A stretch of DNA of 64,000 bases from Obrimoposthia wandeli (Eukaryota): assembly GCA_977020255.1 (NCBI GenBank), contig CDROCS010004567.1:1-64000 (forward strand), in the 5' to 3' direction. The notes beneath the pieces were generated by a model. That model had not been told where the DNA came from. It worked only from the letters and a program-made list of their open reading frames with translations, and did no database searches. Below are positions 39,750-49,962 of the stretch, piece after piece; the first letter of the stretch is position 1, and each line of letters begins with the position of its first letter. Position numbers and translations under genes: made by a program.

Positions 39750-40265
39750 TTATTGCTTAGCTGCTAATGTGATCACAAGCGAACCGTCGAGTTTTTCAAC
39801 ATCACAATTATCACCTTCTCCGCCGCGATCGACCACGAGAAAGTCACTGACTTCATTAAGCGCTAAACAAAAGTGATGCCAAGTACCTTTGTGGTAATTT
39901 ACGCCTTGCTCACCGCTTGCTAAAAACACTTTAATGGCTGATATATCAAGCTCACCTGCGGGTGCAACCACAACCACATAAGGTTGCTTGCCCATAGGTA
40001 TAAATGCTTGGCTGCCTAAAGGATGGCGCTCCATCATTTCGACAGGTAAAGGAAAAGCCAGCGGGGTGGAACGAAAAATATTAATTAAGGTTTTACCCTG
40101 TTGCTCAGCAACATCAACATCAGCAAGATTATGATAACGCATAGTATGGCCATCATTAATGGCGAAATGTTCAGCACTTTCGGACACTGAAATTACATCC
40201 CCATAAGCGGAGAAATTCTCTGCCGTTAGCTCTTGGGGTACAACATTAATGATTTTACTGGTCAT
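39750..40265 (-). CDS. allA: Ureidoglycolate lyase
   Basis: LTAENFSAYGDVI, MERHPLGSQAFIP, QGVNYHKGTWHH, FLVVDRGG. Confidence 0.92.
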   Translation of the reverse strand: MTSKIINVVPQELTAENFSAYGDVISVSESAEHFAINDGHTMRYHNLADVDVAEQQGKTLINIFRSTPLAFPLPVEMMERHPLGSQAFIPMGKQPYVVVVAPAGELDISAIKVFLASGEQGVNYHKGTWHHFCLALNEVSDFLVVDRGGEGDNCDVEKLDGSLVITLAAKQ

Positions 40266-40364
40266 CTTAATCTTCTCTGTTAACTGTTAATATTTTTCTA
40301 CTGGCTAGAAACTATTGTTCTTTATTACTTCGTGCTTACTTGGGTACTAATACTTAAAGGCAAG

Positions 40365-40706
40365 TTAGCTACCACGGTAAGTAGAGTATCCATAAGCTGT
40401 TAGCAATAATGGAATATGGTAATGAGTACCGCTGGCGTCGATTTCAAAAACAATATCAACGTATGGGTAAAAACCTGCTTCGTTGTTCGCGTTAAAATAA
40501 ACTGCGGTGGCAAAATGCATACGGTAAACACCCGCTGGTAATTTTTCGTCATCAGCTAATAAACCCGGTAAACGACCATCAACATTAGTGACTCCGCCGT
40601 TGACTTCTTTCCAACTATCACCGTCTTGAGCAAACAAAGTAATAGGGACATTTTGCGCAGGTAAACCACGGGTAGTATCAAGTATATGGGTAGTAATTTG
40701 ACTCAT
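40365..40706 (-). CDS. uraH: 5-hydroxyisourate hydrolase
   Basis: ITTHILDT, TNVDGR, FYPYVDIVF, HYHIPLLL.AYGYSTYRGS. Confidence 0.95.
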   Translation of the reverse strand: MSQITTHILDTTRGLPAQNVPITLFAQDGDSWKEVNGGVTNVDGRLPGLLADDEKLPAGVYRMHFATAVYFNANNEAGFYPYVDIVFEIDASGTHYHIPLLLTAYGYSTYRGS

Positions 40707-40739
40707 GTTCGTTCCTTTTATCTTAGCTGTTACTGTGAA

Positions 40740-41261
40740 TTAGCCTTCAGCTAATGTCTTTTCGAAGGCTTTGGTAATGCGTAGTTGGAAAATTTTACGC
40801 TGTTCTTCAGCTGCATTTACAAGTTCTTGAGCTTTGTTATTTGGTAGACGTGCTTGTAATAAATCAGACATTTGTTTAGCACTTTTACCTGTGGCACAAA
40901 CAATAAAGATAAAGCCAAATTTTTCTTCATAGTCGCTATTACCTTGAGAAAGTACTTCAAGTACATCGTCGTTGGCTTCTTTAACTAGACCTTGCTCGTT
41001 ACCGGCTAATTCTTTGGTATTTGCATACTTAGCACGTAAGCTACTTACATCACCAATTTTTGGGTGACCTTCAAATGCTTCAAAATAATCTTGTTCAGTT
41101 AAACCTAACCATGCATCATCAGCAGCTTGTGTTAATGCTGCTTCACTAGTAAATGGACGGGCATTAACCATTTTGTTAACCCACGTGCTTGAAGTACAAC
41201 ACTGCATGAACGTATGGCTAGCGTCTGCTGCTGGTAATTGGTTTAAATCTGCTAATATCAT
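40740..41261 (-). CDS. uraD: OHCU decarboxylase
   Basis: EAFEGHPKIG, SLRAKY, YEEKFGFIFIVCATGK, AAEEQRKI; ATG at 41261. Confidence 0.92.
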   Translation of the reverse strand: MILADLNQLPAADASHTFMQCCTSSTWVNKMVNARPFTSEAALTQAADDAWLGLTEQDYFEAFEGHPKIGDVSSLRAKYANTKELAGNEQGLVKEANDDVLEVLSQGNSDYEEKFGFIFIVCATGKSAKQMSDLLQARLPNNKAQELVNAAEEQRKIFQLRITKAFEKTLAEG

Positions 41262-41326
41262 GTTCGTTTCCTTGTTCTTTATCTTTAGCAATAGCATTTA
41301 AAAAATGCCATTGCTAAGCGTGTTAA

Positions 41327-42379
41327 CTAACCTTGGCGGTTACCAAAAACACGCATACGAGAAATACCACCATCAGGGAAGATGCTTAAACGTACATGAG
41401 TAAATGGTTGCTCTTTTTCAACGATGATCTCTTTAGTGAATAAGTGTTCACGATGAGCATATAACTTAGTGCTTGGAATTATGGCTGTCCAAGTTACAGG
41501 TGCTGCATTTGCTGTGAAATCATCACTATCACTGATACAACCTTCAAGCATAAAGGTATCAGGGAAGTTACCTTTAAAATGACAAGTATCAATGATTACC
41601 TTGTTGACACTTCCTGTTGCAGCAAGTTTAACAATTGACCAATCTGGACCTGGATCACGACGACGTTTAGTTTCCCAGCCATCACCCATGTTGGCGCCAC
41701 GGCCAGGCATGATTAGGTTGTTTTTATCACTGAAAAACATATCGCTTACTAACAATGCTTTTGCACCATTTTTAATCGAAGCTAAGTCAATGAGTTCACC
41801 GTCAACAAAATCATTCCAGTTTACATCTGCTTCACCATAAACACGGAAACGGGCAATACCACCATCAGGGAACATGGTTAAACGCACATGGGTGAAAGCA
41901 GTATCATTCGAGATTTCAAAAATATTTTGGCTATGCGCTTTAACGTCAGTCGCTTCAAAAATTGTCTGCCAAACGGTATCTGCATTGGGTTGTACTTCAC
42001 TTACACAAGCTTCAACAGATACTTTTTCTGGCGCGTTACCACGGAAGTAGTTAGTGTCGATATCAAAAGCGCGAATAACACCGCTAATGCCTAAACGGAT
42101 AATACACCAATCAGAATCACGACCATTGTTACGGCCATAACTTCTGCGTGATTCCCAACCGTCCATCCATTTACCACGTTCAGTAAATTTCTCTTCGATA
42201 AAAATACCACGGCCTACTTTTAATAAATTTTCCATTTCAGCGAAGAAATCATCACTACATGACAATGTTTCGCCACCTACTTTTTCACTGGCTAAATCTA
42301 CATAATGAGTTTTTAATTTTTGCTCTAATACCGCTTCTTCTGCCGACAATTTGTTTTGTGCTAACCAATCTTCAATCAT
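41327..42379 (-). CDS. alc: Allantoicase
   Basis: Two repeats: KWMDGWESRR and MGDGWETKRRR.PG.DW; FPDGGIARFRVYG / FPDGGISRMRVFG. Confidence 0.95.
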   Translation of the reverse strand: MIEDWLAQNKLSAEEAVLEQKLKTHYVDLASEKVGGETLSCSDDFFAEMENLLKVGRGIFIEEKFTERGKWMDGWESRRSYGRNNGRDSDWCIIRLGISGVIRAFDIDTNYFRGNAPEKVSVEACVSEVQPNADTVWQTIFEATDVKAHSQNIFEISNDTAFTHVRLTMFPDGGIARFRVYGEADVNWNDFVDGELIDLASIKNGAKALLVSDMFFSDKNNLIMPGRGANMGDGWETKRRRDPGPDWSIVKLAATGSVNKVIIDTCHFKGNFPDTFMLEGCISDSDDFTANAAPVTWTAIIPSTKLYAHREHLFTKEIIVEKEQPFTHVRLSIFPDGGISRMRVFGNRQG

Positions 42380-42502
42380 TTTTTATCTCCAGTTACTGCA
42401 TTGTCAGGCAAGCCTTTGTCGACTCTGATACATTGCGTGAATGTTAAATTTTTTATTAATAATTTCTTTTAATACTTATTATTAAACGTTTTTTTAAAAG
42501 CC

Positions 42503-43858
42503 TTACAACTGACCTTTAAGTAACGGTCGACCTATAGGCGAATTAATGAATTCATCTTGCTGATAAACATGAAAGCCACGGACAAAGGTATGGTTTACTT
42601 GACCAAAAACCTTTCGACCTGCATAAGGAGTAATGTTGTGCTTGTGCTTGATCATTTCGGTGGTAATGGTGTATTCAAACTTTTCATCAAACACACAGAA
42701 ATCGGCATGATTACCCACTTTAATTGCGCCTTTAACACTGTCTAAACCAGCAAATTTAGCTGTTTCCTGCGACATTAAACGCGCTAGATCTACCAAGGTA
42801 AAACCGCGATCTTTGGCTTCAGTCCAAATTAAAGAGAGGCCAAATTGCAGCGCTGAAATGCCACCCCATGCTTTTTCAATATCACCGGTATCAATATGTT
42901 TTAATTCTGGTGTACAAGGAGAGTGATCAGAAACGATAAAATCTAAGCGGCCATCGGTAACGGCTTGCCATAAGTGTTCACGGTTTTTGTTTTCACGAAT
43001 TGGCGGACAACATTTGAATAATGTTTTGCCATCTGGAATGTTTTCCGAGGCAATGGTTAAATAATGAGGGCAGGTTTCAGCGGTAAAGCGTAAACCTTCA
43101 GACTTTGCTTGAGCAATAGTGCTTAACGCTTCATCAGAGGATAAATGTACGATATGAACTTTACAGTTATCACCGGCTTCTTTTGATTCACGGGCCATAT
43201 CAACCATTAACGAGATAGCATTGTTTTCCCAACTTTTCGGTCGTGATTCTAAGAAAGAGTCGTATTCTTTAGTGATTTCAACGTCATCAAAATGACCACA
43301 ATCAAGTTCTGCGTGGATCAAATAAGGCACATTATGTTTAGCTAAAATAGGCATAGCAGCGCGCATATCTTTTGCTTCAACAGGGGGAAACTCTTCGATA
43401 CCTGAATCAATTAAAAAAGATTTAACACCTAAAACTCCTGCGTTGAGTAAATCATCAAGTTCATCAATATTGTCAGGGATAACACCACCCCAAAAACCAC
43501 AATCGACCCAAAGTTTATCGTCAACAGAATCGAGTTTTTCTTGAAAAGCGGCTTTCGTTGTCGTAACTGGAATACAGTTTAACGGCATATCTACTAAGGC
43601 GGTGATACCACCAGCAGCCGCTGCTTGAGTAGCAGTATTAAAACCCTCCCACTCAGTACGACCAGGTTCATTGATATGAACATGGGAGTCGACCAAGCCA
43701 GGCATAATCACTTGTTCGCCAAAGTCTTTAACTTCGCAACTTAATTCTTGGCCATAAGCATGAATAGCATGAATCAGCTGGTCTTTAATTTCGACGCAGG
43801 CTGCGATCATTTTTCCTGCAATGACTACTTGTGTACTTTGTAGAGCAAAATGAGACAC
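42503..43858 (-). CDS. allB: Allantoinase (metal-dependent)
   Basis: PGLVDSHVHINEPGRTEWEGF.TAT.AAAAGGIT, DMPLNCIP, AETCPHYL, FKCCPPIRE, VSDHSPC. Confidence 0.95.
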   Translation of the reverse strand: MSHFALQSTQVVIAGKMIAACVEIKDQLIHAIHAYGQELSCEVKDFGEQVIMPGLVDSHVHINEPGRTEWEGFNTATQAAAAGGITALVDMPLNCIPVTTTKAAFQEKLDSVDDKLWVDCGFWGGVIPDNIDELDDLLNAGVLGVKSFLIDSGIEEFPPVEAKDMRAAMPILAKHNVPYLIHAELDCGHFDDVEITKEYDSFLESRPKSWENNAISLMVDMARESKEAGDNCKVHIVHLSSDEALSTIAQAKSEGLRFTAETCPHYLTIASENIPDGKTLFKCCPPIRENKNREHLWQAVTDGRLDFIVSDHSPCTPELKHIDTGDIEKAWGGISALQFGLSLIWTEAKDRGFTLVDLARLMSQETAKFAGLDSVKGAIKVGNHADFCVFDEKFEYTITTEMIKHKHNITPYAGRKVFGQVNHTFVRGFHVYQQDEFINSPIGRPLLKGQL

Positions 43859-43951
43859 TTTGCTACTCCTCTAATGTAATGAACCTGAACTTGTGGAATA
43901 CGTTTTCTATTGGTAAATATGTGCGAGCATATCTTTGCTTTTTTTGGCTTG

Positions 43952-44851
43952 CTAACTGACTATCTCTTCAGTCATTAAGCTTTTTAATTCTTGCCAAGCG
44001 ATACCTTGTTTAGTGCTTTGTGGTTTGGCATCTTTTTGCTTATTGGCACCGGGGTTCGCTAATGCTTGTGACGCTAGCGCTGCTTGATAAAGTTGAATAA
44101 TTTCACCTGCAACTGACACGGCGACTTCCATCGGCAACTTACCTTGTACTTGCGGTAAACCAATTGGGCAGTTCATCTTTTCTACTAAGCTTTTAGCAAT
44201 ATCACGATGCTGGAATCTTTGTTGAAAACGGCGCCATTTGGTCTCCGAGGCAATCAAACCTAGATAAGCAAAGTCAGCACGTTTTAAAATATTGTGACTA
44301 ATCTCAAAATCGAGTTGATGGTTATGCGTCATTACAATGTAGTAACTATTGGCTGGCATAAGCGCAACTTCTTCAGCTGGATTATCACTGACTAGTGTGG
44401 TGACATTATGATAATTGCCCGAGTCATCAGGAAATTGATCTGCACGGCTATCAACCCAAGTAATGCTGCACGGTAAACCAGCAAGAATAGGCATGAGTGC
44501 TTTACCCACATGACCTGCGCCAAATAGCATGATATTGACACCACTGGCGCTAAAACTTTCAAACAATACGCTGGCATTACCACCACAACATTGACCAAGT
44601 TGTGCACCTAACTGAAAATGTTCTAGCTGTTGGCAATCATCACCAGCCATTAACAGCTGATGTGCATGTTTAATCACTTTATGTTCGAGGTGTCCGCCAC
44701 CTATGGTGTCAAAAATATCATCATGGGTTATCACCATTTTGGTGCCACTATTACGTGGCGTTGAACCAGTTACCCCAACAATTGTAGCGATAACATAGGC
44801 TTTGCCCTGCTTGTTCAATTGATGTGCTGCACCGGTCCAATTAATTTTCAT
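43952..44851 (-). CDS. xdhC: Xanthine dehydrogenase accessory protein XdhC
   Basis: GSTPRNSGTKM, TIGGGHLE, GQCCGG, FGAGHVG, VMTHNHQLD, CPIG; ATG at 44851. Confidence 0.92.
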   Translation of the reverse strand: MKINWTGAAHQLNKQGKAYVIATIVGVTGSTPRNSGTKMVITHDDIFDTIGGGHLEHKVIKHAHQLLMAGDDCQQLEHFQLGAQLGQCCGGNASVLFESFSASGVNIMLFGAGHVGKALMPILAGLPCSITWVDSRADQFPDDSGNYHNVTTLVSDNPAEEVALMPANSYYIVMTHNHQLDFEISHNILKRADFAYLGLIASETKWRRFQQRFQHRDIAKSLVEKMNCPIGLPQVQGKLPMEVAVSVAGEIIQLYQAALASQALANPGANKQKDAKPQSTKQGIAWQELKSLMTEEIVS

Positions 44852-44864
44852 GATGATATTCCTA

Positions 44865-47273
44865 TTACTTCGTCGCAGTTGCGTTATTTTCATGAGCGGC
44901 TTTAAGTGCTTCAACAGCAAATAACACACGTTCAGGTGTCGCAGGTGTGTCTAGCTTAGGACTAACTTTGTAGTCCGCGACACTGGCAACAGCATCTTTC
45001 AATGCCGACCAAACAGCCATACCTAACATAAACGGTGGCTCACCTACTGCTTTCGAGTTGTAAATAGTACGCTCTGGATTTGGAGCATTAGGTACTAACG
45101 CTACGCGGAAGTCTTCAGGTGCATCGTTAATCGCTGGGATTTTGTAGGTTGCAGGGTTGTTTGACAGTAAACGACCTTGTTCATTCCATACTAATTCTTC
45201 TGTCGTTAACCAACCCATGCCTTGAATGAAAGCACCTTCGATTTGACCGATATCAATGGCTGGATTAATTGAAGCACCAACATCTTGTAATATATCAGTA
45301 CGTACCGTTTTGTACTCACCGGTTAAGGTATCTATGATGACTTCAGAAACACAAGCACCTGTTGCGAAGTAGAAGAACGGACGCCCTTTACCACTAGCAC
45401 GATCATAATGAATCTTAGGTGTTTTGTAGAAACCGGTAGAAGATAATGAAACACGATTCATGTAAGCAATTTGAGAGAACTCAGCAAAGCTAAAAGTTTG
45501 CTCACCTACGATGACATTGTTGTTTTCAAAGTGAACTTGCTGCGCTTCAACGTCATATTTCTCACAAGCAAAGTCAATTAAACGTTGTTTGATGGTTTTA
45601 GCCGCTGCTTCAGCCGCTTTACCATTTAAGTCAGTACCTGAAGAGGCTGCGGTAGGCGATGAGTTTGGCACTTTATCAGTACGGGCAGCAGAACAAGCAA
45701 CCGTATCAACATCAACTTGGAATTCTTCAGCAACAATTTGCGCTACTTTAGTATTCAAACCTTGTCCCATTTCACTACCACCGTGGCTTAAGTGAATTGT
45801 GCCATCAGTGTAAACATGAACAAGGGCACCGGCTTGGTTCAAATGCTGTACCGTGAATGAAATACCAAATTTTACCGGTGTTAAGGCAATACCTTTTTTC
45901 AGTATGCTGCTAGTAGCATTGTATTCAGTGATCGCTTTACGACGGGCTTGGTAATCTGAACTTTCTTCTAACGATTCAATGATCTCGCTTAAGTTGTTAT
46001 GTTCAACGGTTTGATCATAATGAGTAACGTTACGTTCTTCTTTACCGTATAAATTAATTTTGCGGATTGCTAAGGGATCTTTACCGAGATGACGAGCAAT
46101 TTCATCCATGATCAATTCGATAGTCATCATACCTTGAGGACCACCAAAACCACGGTAAGCGGTATGAGAAACCGTGTTTAGTTTACAACGATTACCGGTA
46201 ATCGTTGATTGATCTAAGTAATAAGCATTATCTGAGTGGAACATCGCTCTATCAACAATCGCATCAGATAAATCAGGTGAGTAACCACAGTTACCATTGA
46301 CTTCGATGTTAATGCCTTTGATTTGACCCTTTTCGTCAAAACCAACGGTGTAGTTGTTTTCAAATGGGTGACGTTTACCTGTCATCACCATATCGTCTAA
46401 ACGCGCTAACTTAAATTTAACAGGACGTTTTGTTTCATTAGCAAGTAAAGCGGCAATACATGCCCAAGGCGCAGCTTGTGTTTCTTTACCACCGAAACCA
46501 CCACCCATACGGCGCATATCAACTAAAACTTTGTTTAGTGGAATATCAAGTACTTCAGCCACTAACTTTTGTACTTCACTTGGATGTTGTGAAGAGGTGT
46601 AAATGTTCATGCCACCATCTTCAGTAGGCTCTGCTGTTGAAACTTGGCCTTCAAGATACATATGCTCTTGACCACCAACAACTATTTCACCTGATAATTG
46701 ATGCTCAGCACTGGCAATAGCTGATTCAGAATCGCCACGTTTCAACGTATGTGGAGGACGAACAAAACTTTGCTTCGCTAAAGCGTCTTTTACGGTAAGT
46801 ACTGCTTCAAGCTCTTGATACTCAACTTTTGCAAGTTTAACGGCTTTACGCGCAAGGTCGAAACTTGTTGCTGCAACGGCGAAAAGCGGCTGACCAACAA
46901 ATTCTACTTTACCAATAGCTAGTACTGGGTCACCTGGGAATACCGGACCAATATCAGTATGACCGGGTACATCTTCAACGGTCATTACTTTTACAACACC
47001 TTCTGCAGCTTTAACGGCAGATAAGTCCATTGAAATGATGTTAGCGTGTGCCATGGTTGATTGACCAACCGCTGCATGTAATTCGCCACGAAGAGCTGGA
47101 CGGTCATCAACATAAATTGCTTCACCAGCGACTTGCTTGTCAGCACTTTCATGTTTTTTAGAACGACCTACGCCACCTAGGCCAATATTTTTTTGTCCGT
47201 TAACTACATCTTTGTCAGCGTTCGTTTTTACCTTTTGGGTATCGGCTTTTTTTACATCAATTAAAGTACGCAT
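44865..47273 (-). CDS. xdhB: Xanthine dehydrogenase molybdopterin subunit
   Basis: HESADKQVAGEAIYVDD, GGQEHMYLEGQ, RRMGGGFGGKE, AYRGFGGPQG, SKAVGEPP. Confidence 0.97.
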   Translation of the reverse strand: MRTLIDVKKADTQKVKTNADKDVVNGQKNIGLGGVGRSKKHESADKQVAGEAIYVDDRPALRGELHAAVGQSTMAHANIISMDLSAVKAAEGVVKVMTVEDVPGHTDIGPVFPGDPVLAIGKVEFVGQPLFAVAATSFDLARKAVKLAKVEYQELEAVLTVKDALAKQSFVRPPHTLKRGDSESAIASAEHQLSGEIVVGGQEHMYLEGQVSTAEPTEDGGMNIYTSSQHPSEVQKLVAEVLDIPLNKVLVDMRRMGGGFGGKETQAAPWACIAALLANETKRPVKFKLARLDDMVMTGKRHPFENNYTVGFDEKGQIKGINIEVNGNCGYSPDLSDAIVDRAMFHSDNAYYLDQSTITGNRCKLNTVSHTAYRGFGGPQGMMTIELIMDEIARHLGKDPLAIRKINLYGKEERNVTHYDQTVEHNNLSEIIESLEESSDYQARRKAITEYNATSSILKKGIALTPVKFGISFTVQHLNQAGALVHVYTDGTIHLSHGGSEMGQGLNTKVAQIVAEEFQVDVDTVACSAARTDKVPNSSPTAASSGTDLNGKAAEAAAKTIKQRLIDFACEKYDVEAQQVHFENNNVIVGEQTFSFAEFSQIAYMNRVSLSSTGFYKTPKIHYDRASGKGRPFFYFATGACVSEVIIDTLTGEYKTVRTDILQDVGASINPAIDIGQIEGAFIQGMGWLTTEELVWNEQGRLLSNNPATYKIPAINDAPEDFRVALVPNAPNPERTIYNSKAVGEPPFMLGMAVWSALKDAVASVADYKVSPKLDTPATPERVLFAVEALKAAHENNATATK

Positions 47274-48754
47274 TAGTAATTCACCACTCGTGTTTCAATA
47301 ACTTCTCTTGTATGGGCACTTTGTAGCTCTAAATAGCATTTCTCGATAAGATTTTGAGCTACGGTCATACGATACTTGTCAGAAGCACGTACATCAGTCA
47401 TAGGCTGAAAATCGGTCGCTAACGCTGATTTTGCTTGGGCTACTGATTCTTTTGTTAAGTTTTTACCTAATAATGCAGCTTCTGCCGCGGGGCCACGCTT
47501 AGGAATACCAGCCATACCGCCGAACGCTAAACGGATATTGGTAATTTTTTGGCCGTTTTCTGTAGGTGTTTGCTCAATGAAAAAAGCGGCTAATACAGCA
47601 GAAATATCATCATCTAAGCGCTTAGATATCTTGTAAAGCTTCAGTGTTTGTCCAGCAACGGGTTTAGGGATTGTAATAGACTTGATGAATTCAGAGGTTT
47701 GCAGAACTGTTTTCTTGTAATCAAGGAAAAAGTCTTCAACTAAGATAGTACGCTCTGTGCCGTTAAGGTGCAGCGTCATCGTTGCGCCAAGTGCGATTAA
47801 TGCAGGAGGCATATCACCGATAGGTGAAGCGTTACCTACGTTGCCGCCTAAGGTACCGGTATTACGAACTTGTTTCGCACCAATACGCTCAATCATGTCA
47901 CCAAGATCTGGGTAGTAGTGGTGTAAAGTATCGATAAAGTCACTGTAGGGTAATGCAGAGCCGATAATTATTTCAGACTCAGTTTCTTCAATAGTGGTTA
48001 ATTCGGCAACGTTACCAACATACACAAGCTTTTTGACAACCGCTAAGTTTTGAGTAACTGACAGGGCTAAATCGGTACCACCAGCCACTATCGTTGATTT
48101 TGGTTCGTTAGTTAATTCAGTCGCTAGCTCATCAATGTTCTGCGGAGCGATATAAGTATTACCATTACCATTTAATGTAGGGGTTGGTAATTTCTCTAGC
48201 TCAGTAAGTGTTACTAGCGTTTGTTGGTAATGCTTAGCAAATGAATCTTCTTGATTACCTTCGCTAGAAGTCATTGCCGCTTCAATAATTGAACGGTAAC
48301 CGGTACATCGACATAAATTTCCTGCTAATGCTTCTAATACCTCAGCGCGATTTGGTTTGTTGTTTTGTTTATGCAAAGCAAAAGAAGACATAACAAATCC
48401 AGGGGTACAGAATCCACATTGTGAACCGTGATTATCAACAATCGTTTGCTGGGCGTGATGTAGCTGAGCGCCTTCTTTCAAGTCTTCAACGGTAATCAAT
48501 TGCTTGCCATGTAAATTACCGACAAAGGTAATACAAGAGTTAATTGATTTATAAGTAAGTTGACCAGAATTTTCAGTATCTAGTTCAGCTAATACTACGG
48601 TACAAGCCCCGCAATCACCTGAAGCACAGCCTTCTTTTGTGCCAGATTTAAATTGCTCTTCACGTAAGTATTGTAAAACAGTCGTGTTAGGATCTAAGTT
48701 TTCAATCTTTACTAGCTCGTTGTTTAACAGGAATTTTATTGTATTTGCTACCAT
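47273..48754 (-). CDS. xdhA: Xanthine dehydrogenase small subunit (2Fe-2S/FAD)
   Basis: GTKEGCASGDCGACTV, SQCGFCTPGF, GNLCRCTGY, AGGTDL, KISKRLDDDISAV; TAATG coupling to xdhB. Confidence 0.97.
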   Translation of the reverse strand: MVANTIKFLLNNELVKIENLDPNTTVLQYLREEQFKSGTKEGCASGDCGACTVVLAELDTENSGQLTYKSINSCITFVGNLHGKQLITVEDLKEGAQLHHAQQTIVDNHGSQCGFCTPGFVMSSFALHKQNNKPNRAEVLEALAGNLCRCTGYRSIIEAAMTSSEGNQEDSFAKHYQQTLVTLTELEKLPTPTLNGNGNTYIAPQNIDELATELTNEPKSTIVAGGTDLALSVTQNLAVVKKLVYVGNVAELTTIEETESEIIIGSALPYSDFIDTLHHYYPDLGDMIERIGAKQVRNTGTLGGNVGNASPIGDMPPALIALGATMTLHLNGTERTILVEDFFLDYKKTVLQTSEFIKSITIPKPVAGQTLKLYKISKRLDDDISAVLAAFFIEQTPTENGQKITNIRLAFGGMAGIPKRGPAAEAALLGKNLTKESVAQAKSALATDFQPMTDVRASDKYRMTVAQNLIEKCYLELQSAHTREVIETRVVNY

Positions 48755-48830
48755 TATTCTTTCCGCTTTAATTTTGATTTTTAGTGTCGAGTTGAATATT
48801 CGTATGGATTCACTATAGCAGAATGGATAG

Positions 48831-48846
48831 TTGACACAAGTGTCAG
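48831..48846. promoter_or_regulatory. 16-bp palindrome TTGACACAAGTGTCAG upstream of xdhA
   Basis: Third copy of the motif, about 77 bp upstream of the xdhA start. Confidence 0.75.
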
Positions 48847-49034
48847 CTTTGATTTATTTGTTACTTTAGTCGTTGTACTAGGGCACTAAAGTTTACGGAA
48901 ATCTCTTTAAATGGCAGCAGAAAATGACTCATAGTTAGCTATGAAAGTGTGGCAAAACAGGGCTTTGCTGAGCTATTTCAAGTGGAGTATTTAATTATCC
49001 AAGGACGTGTATATCACTACGAGGCTTTGATAAA

Positions 49035-49053
49035 AATTTCACCATGTGAAATT
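49035..49053. promoter_or_regulatory. Perfect 8-3-8 palindrome AATTTCAC-CAT-GTGAAATT (IclR-type)
   Basis: Same core as the three sites between bhcR and bhcB; lies in the xdhA/hupE divergent region. Confidence 0.65.
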
Positions 49054-49231
49054 AACATGAATTGAATATTGCTTTGCCGGTGCTTTGTAGAATACCAAGT
49101 TGAATTTAAAAATCTTAGCCGCAGGACTTGTCAGGATCTATTTAACTGGCATTATGTACTCAGTCCTAATGCTATTTGTTTTAACAACCATTCTTATCAC
49201 TCAATATAGGCTGAAATCAGCGGAGTAATTA

Positions 49232-49930
49232 ATGTTTCCTCGAAGTAGTCGCCTAGCCTTAATTACCATGGTATTGAGTATGGTGTGTTTACTGTCTTTC
49301 AATGCTATGGCTCATGGCGTAGATGAAAGTACCCGTCTTTTTTTACAAAACAATACCGGGGTTCAATTTTTCCCTTTTATGTATATTGGCGCTAAACATA
49401 TGGTGACCGGATACGATCATTTGCTGTTTTTAGCCGGCGTAATATTCTTTTTATACAAGAGCAAAGACATTTTATTGTATGTCAGTATGTTTACCTTGGG
49501 GCATAGCTTAACTCTACTCTTTGGTGTACTGGGTGACGTGCAAGTTAATGCTTATATAATTGATGCTATTATCGGTCTGTCGGTTGTTTATAAAGGCTTT
49601 GATAACTTAGGTGGCTTTCAGCGTACCTTAGGCTTTAGCCCAAATGCTAAAATGGCAGTACTGATTTTTGGCTTGTTTCATGGCTTTGGTTTAGCGACAA
49701 AATTACAAGAATTTCAACTACCCAAAGAGGGTTTATGGGAGAACTTGATTGCCTTTAATATAGGGGTGGAGTTGGGGCAGTTTGCTGCGCTAACATTTAT
49801 ATTACTGGTCATTAGCTTTTGGCGAAAACATCATTCGTTTACACAGTTTTCAACGGCAAGTAATACCTTATTAATGAGCGCAGGTTTTATGCTGATAGGT
49901 TTTCAGTTAACCGGTTATTTCACTAGCTAG
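49232..49930 (+). CDS. HupE/UreJ-family membrane protein (putative Ni/Co transporter)
   Basis: GAKHMVTGYDHLLF, FTLGHSLTL, FGLFHGFGLA, FNIGVELGQ. Confidence 0.85.
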   Translation: MFPRSSRLALITMVLSMVCLLSFNAMAHGVDESTRLFLQNNTGVQFFPFMYIGAKHMVTGYDHLLFLAGVIFFLYKSKDILLYVSMFTLGHSLTLLFGVLGDVQVNAYIIDAIIGLSVVYKGFDNLGGFQRTLGFSPNAKMAVLIFGLFHGFGLATKLQEFQLPKEGLWENLIAFNIGVELGQFAALTFILLVISFWRKHHSFTQFSTASNTLLMSAGFMLIGFQLTGYFTS

Positions 49931-49962
49931 CGTTATTATTAACAATAAGAAAAAGAGACATC

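Noticed and set aside
48755-49231. Purine, xanthine or glycine riboswitch in long intergenic regions (also 37947..38290, 31123..31305, 21615..22222)
   Set aside because: No conserved riboswitch core was recognisable by eye; an Rfam/Infernal scan would be needed to exclude one.
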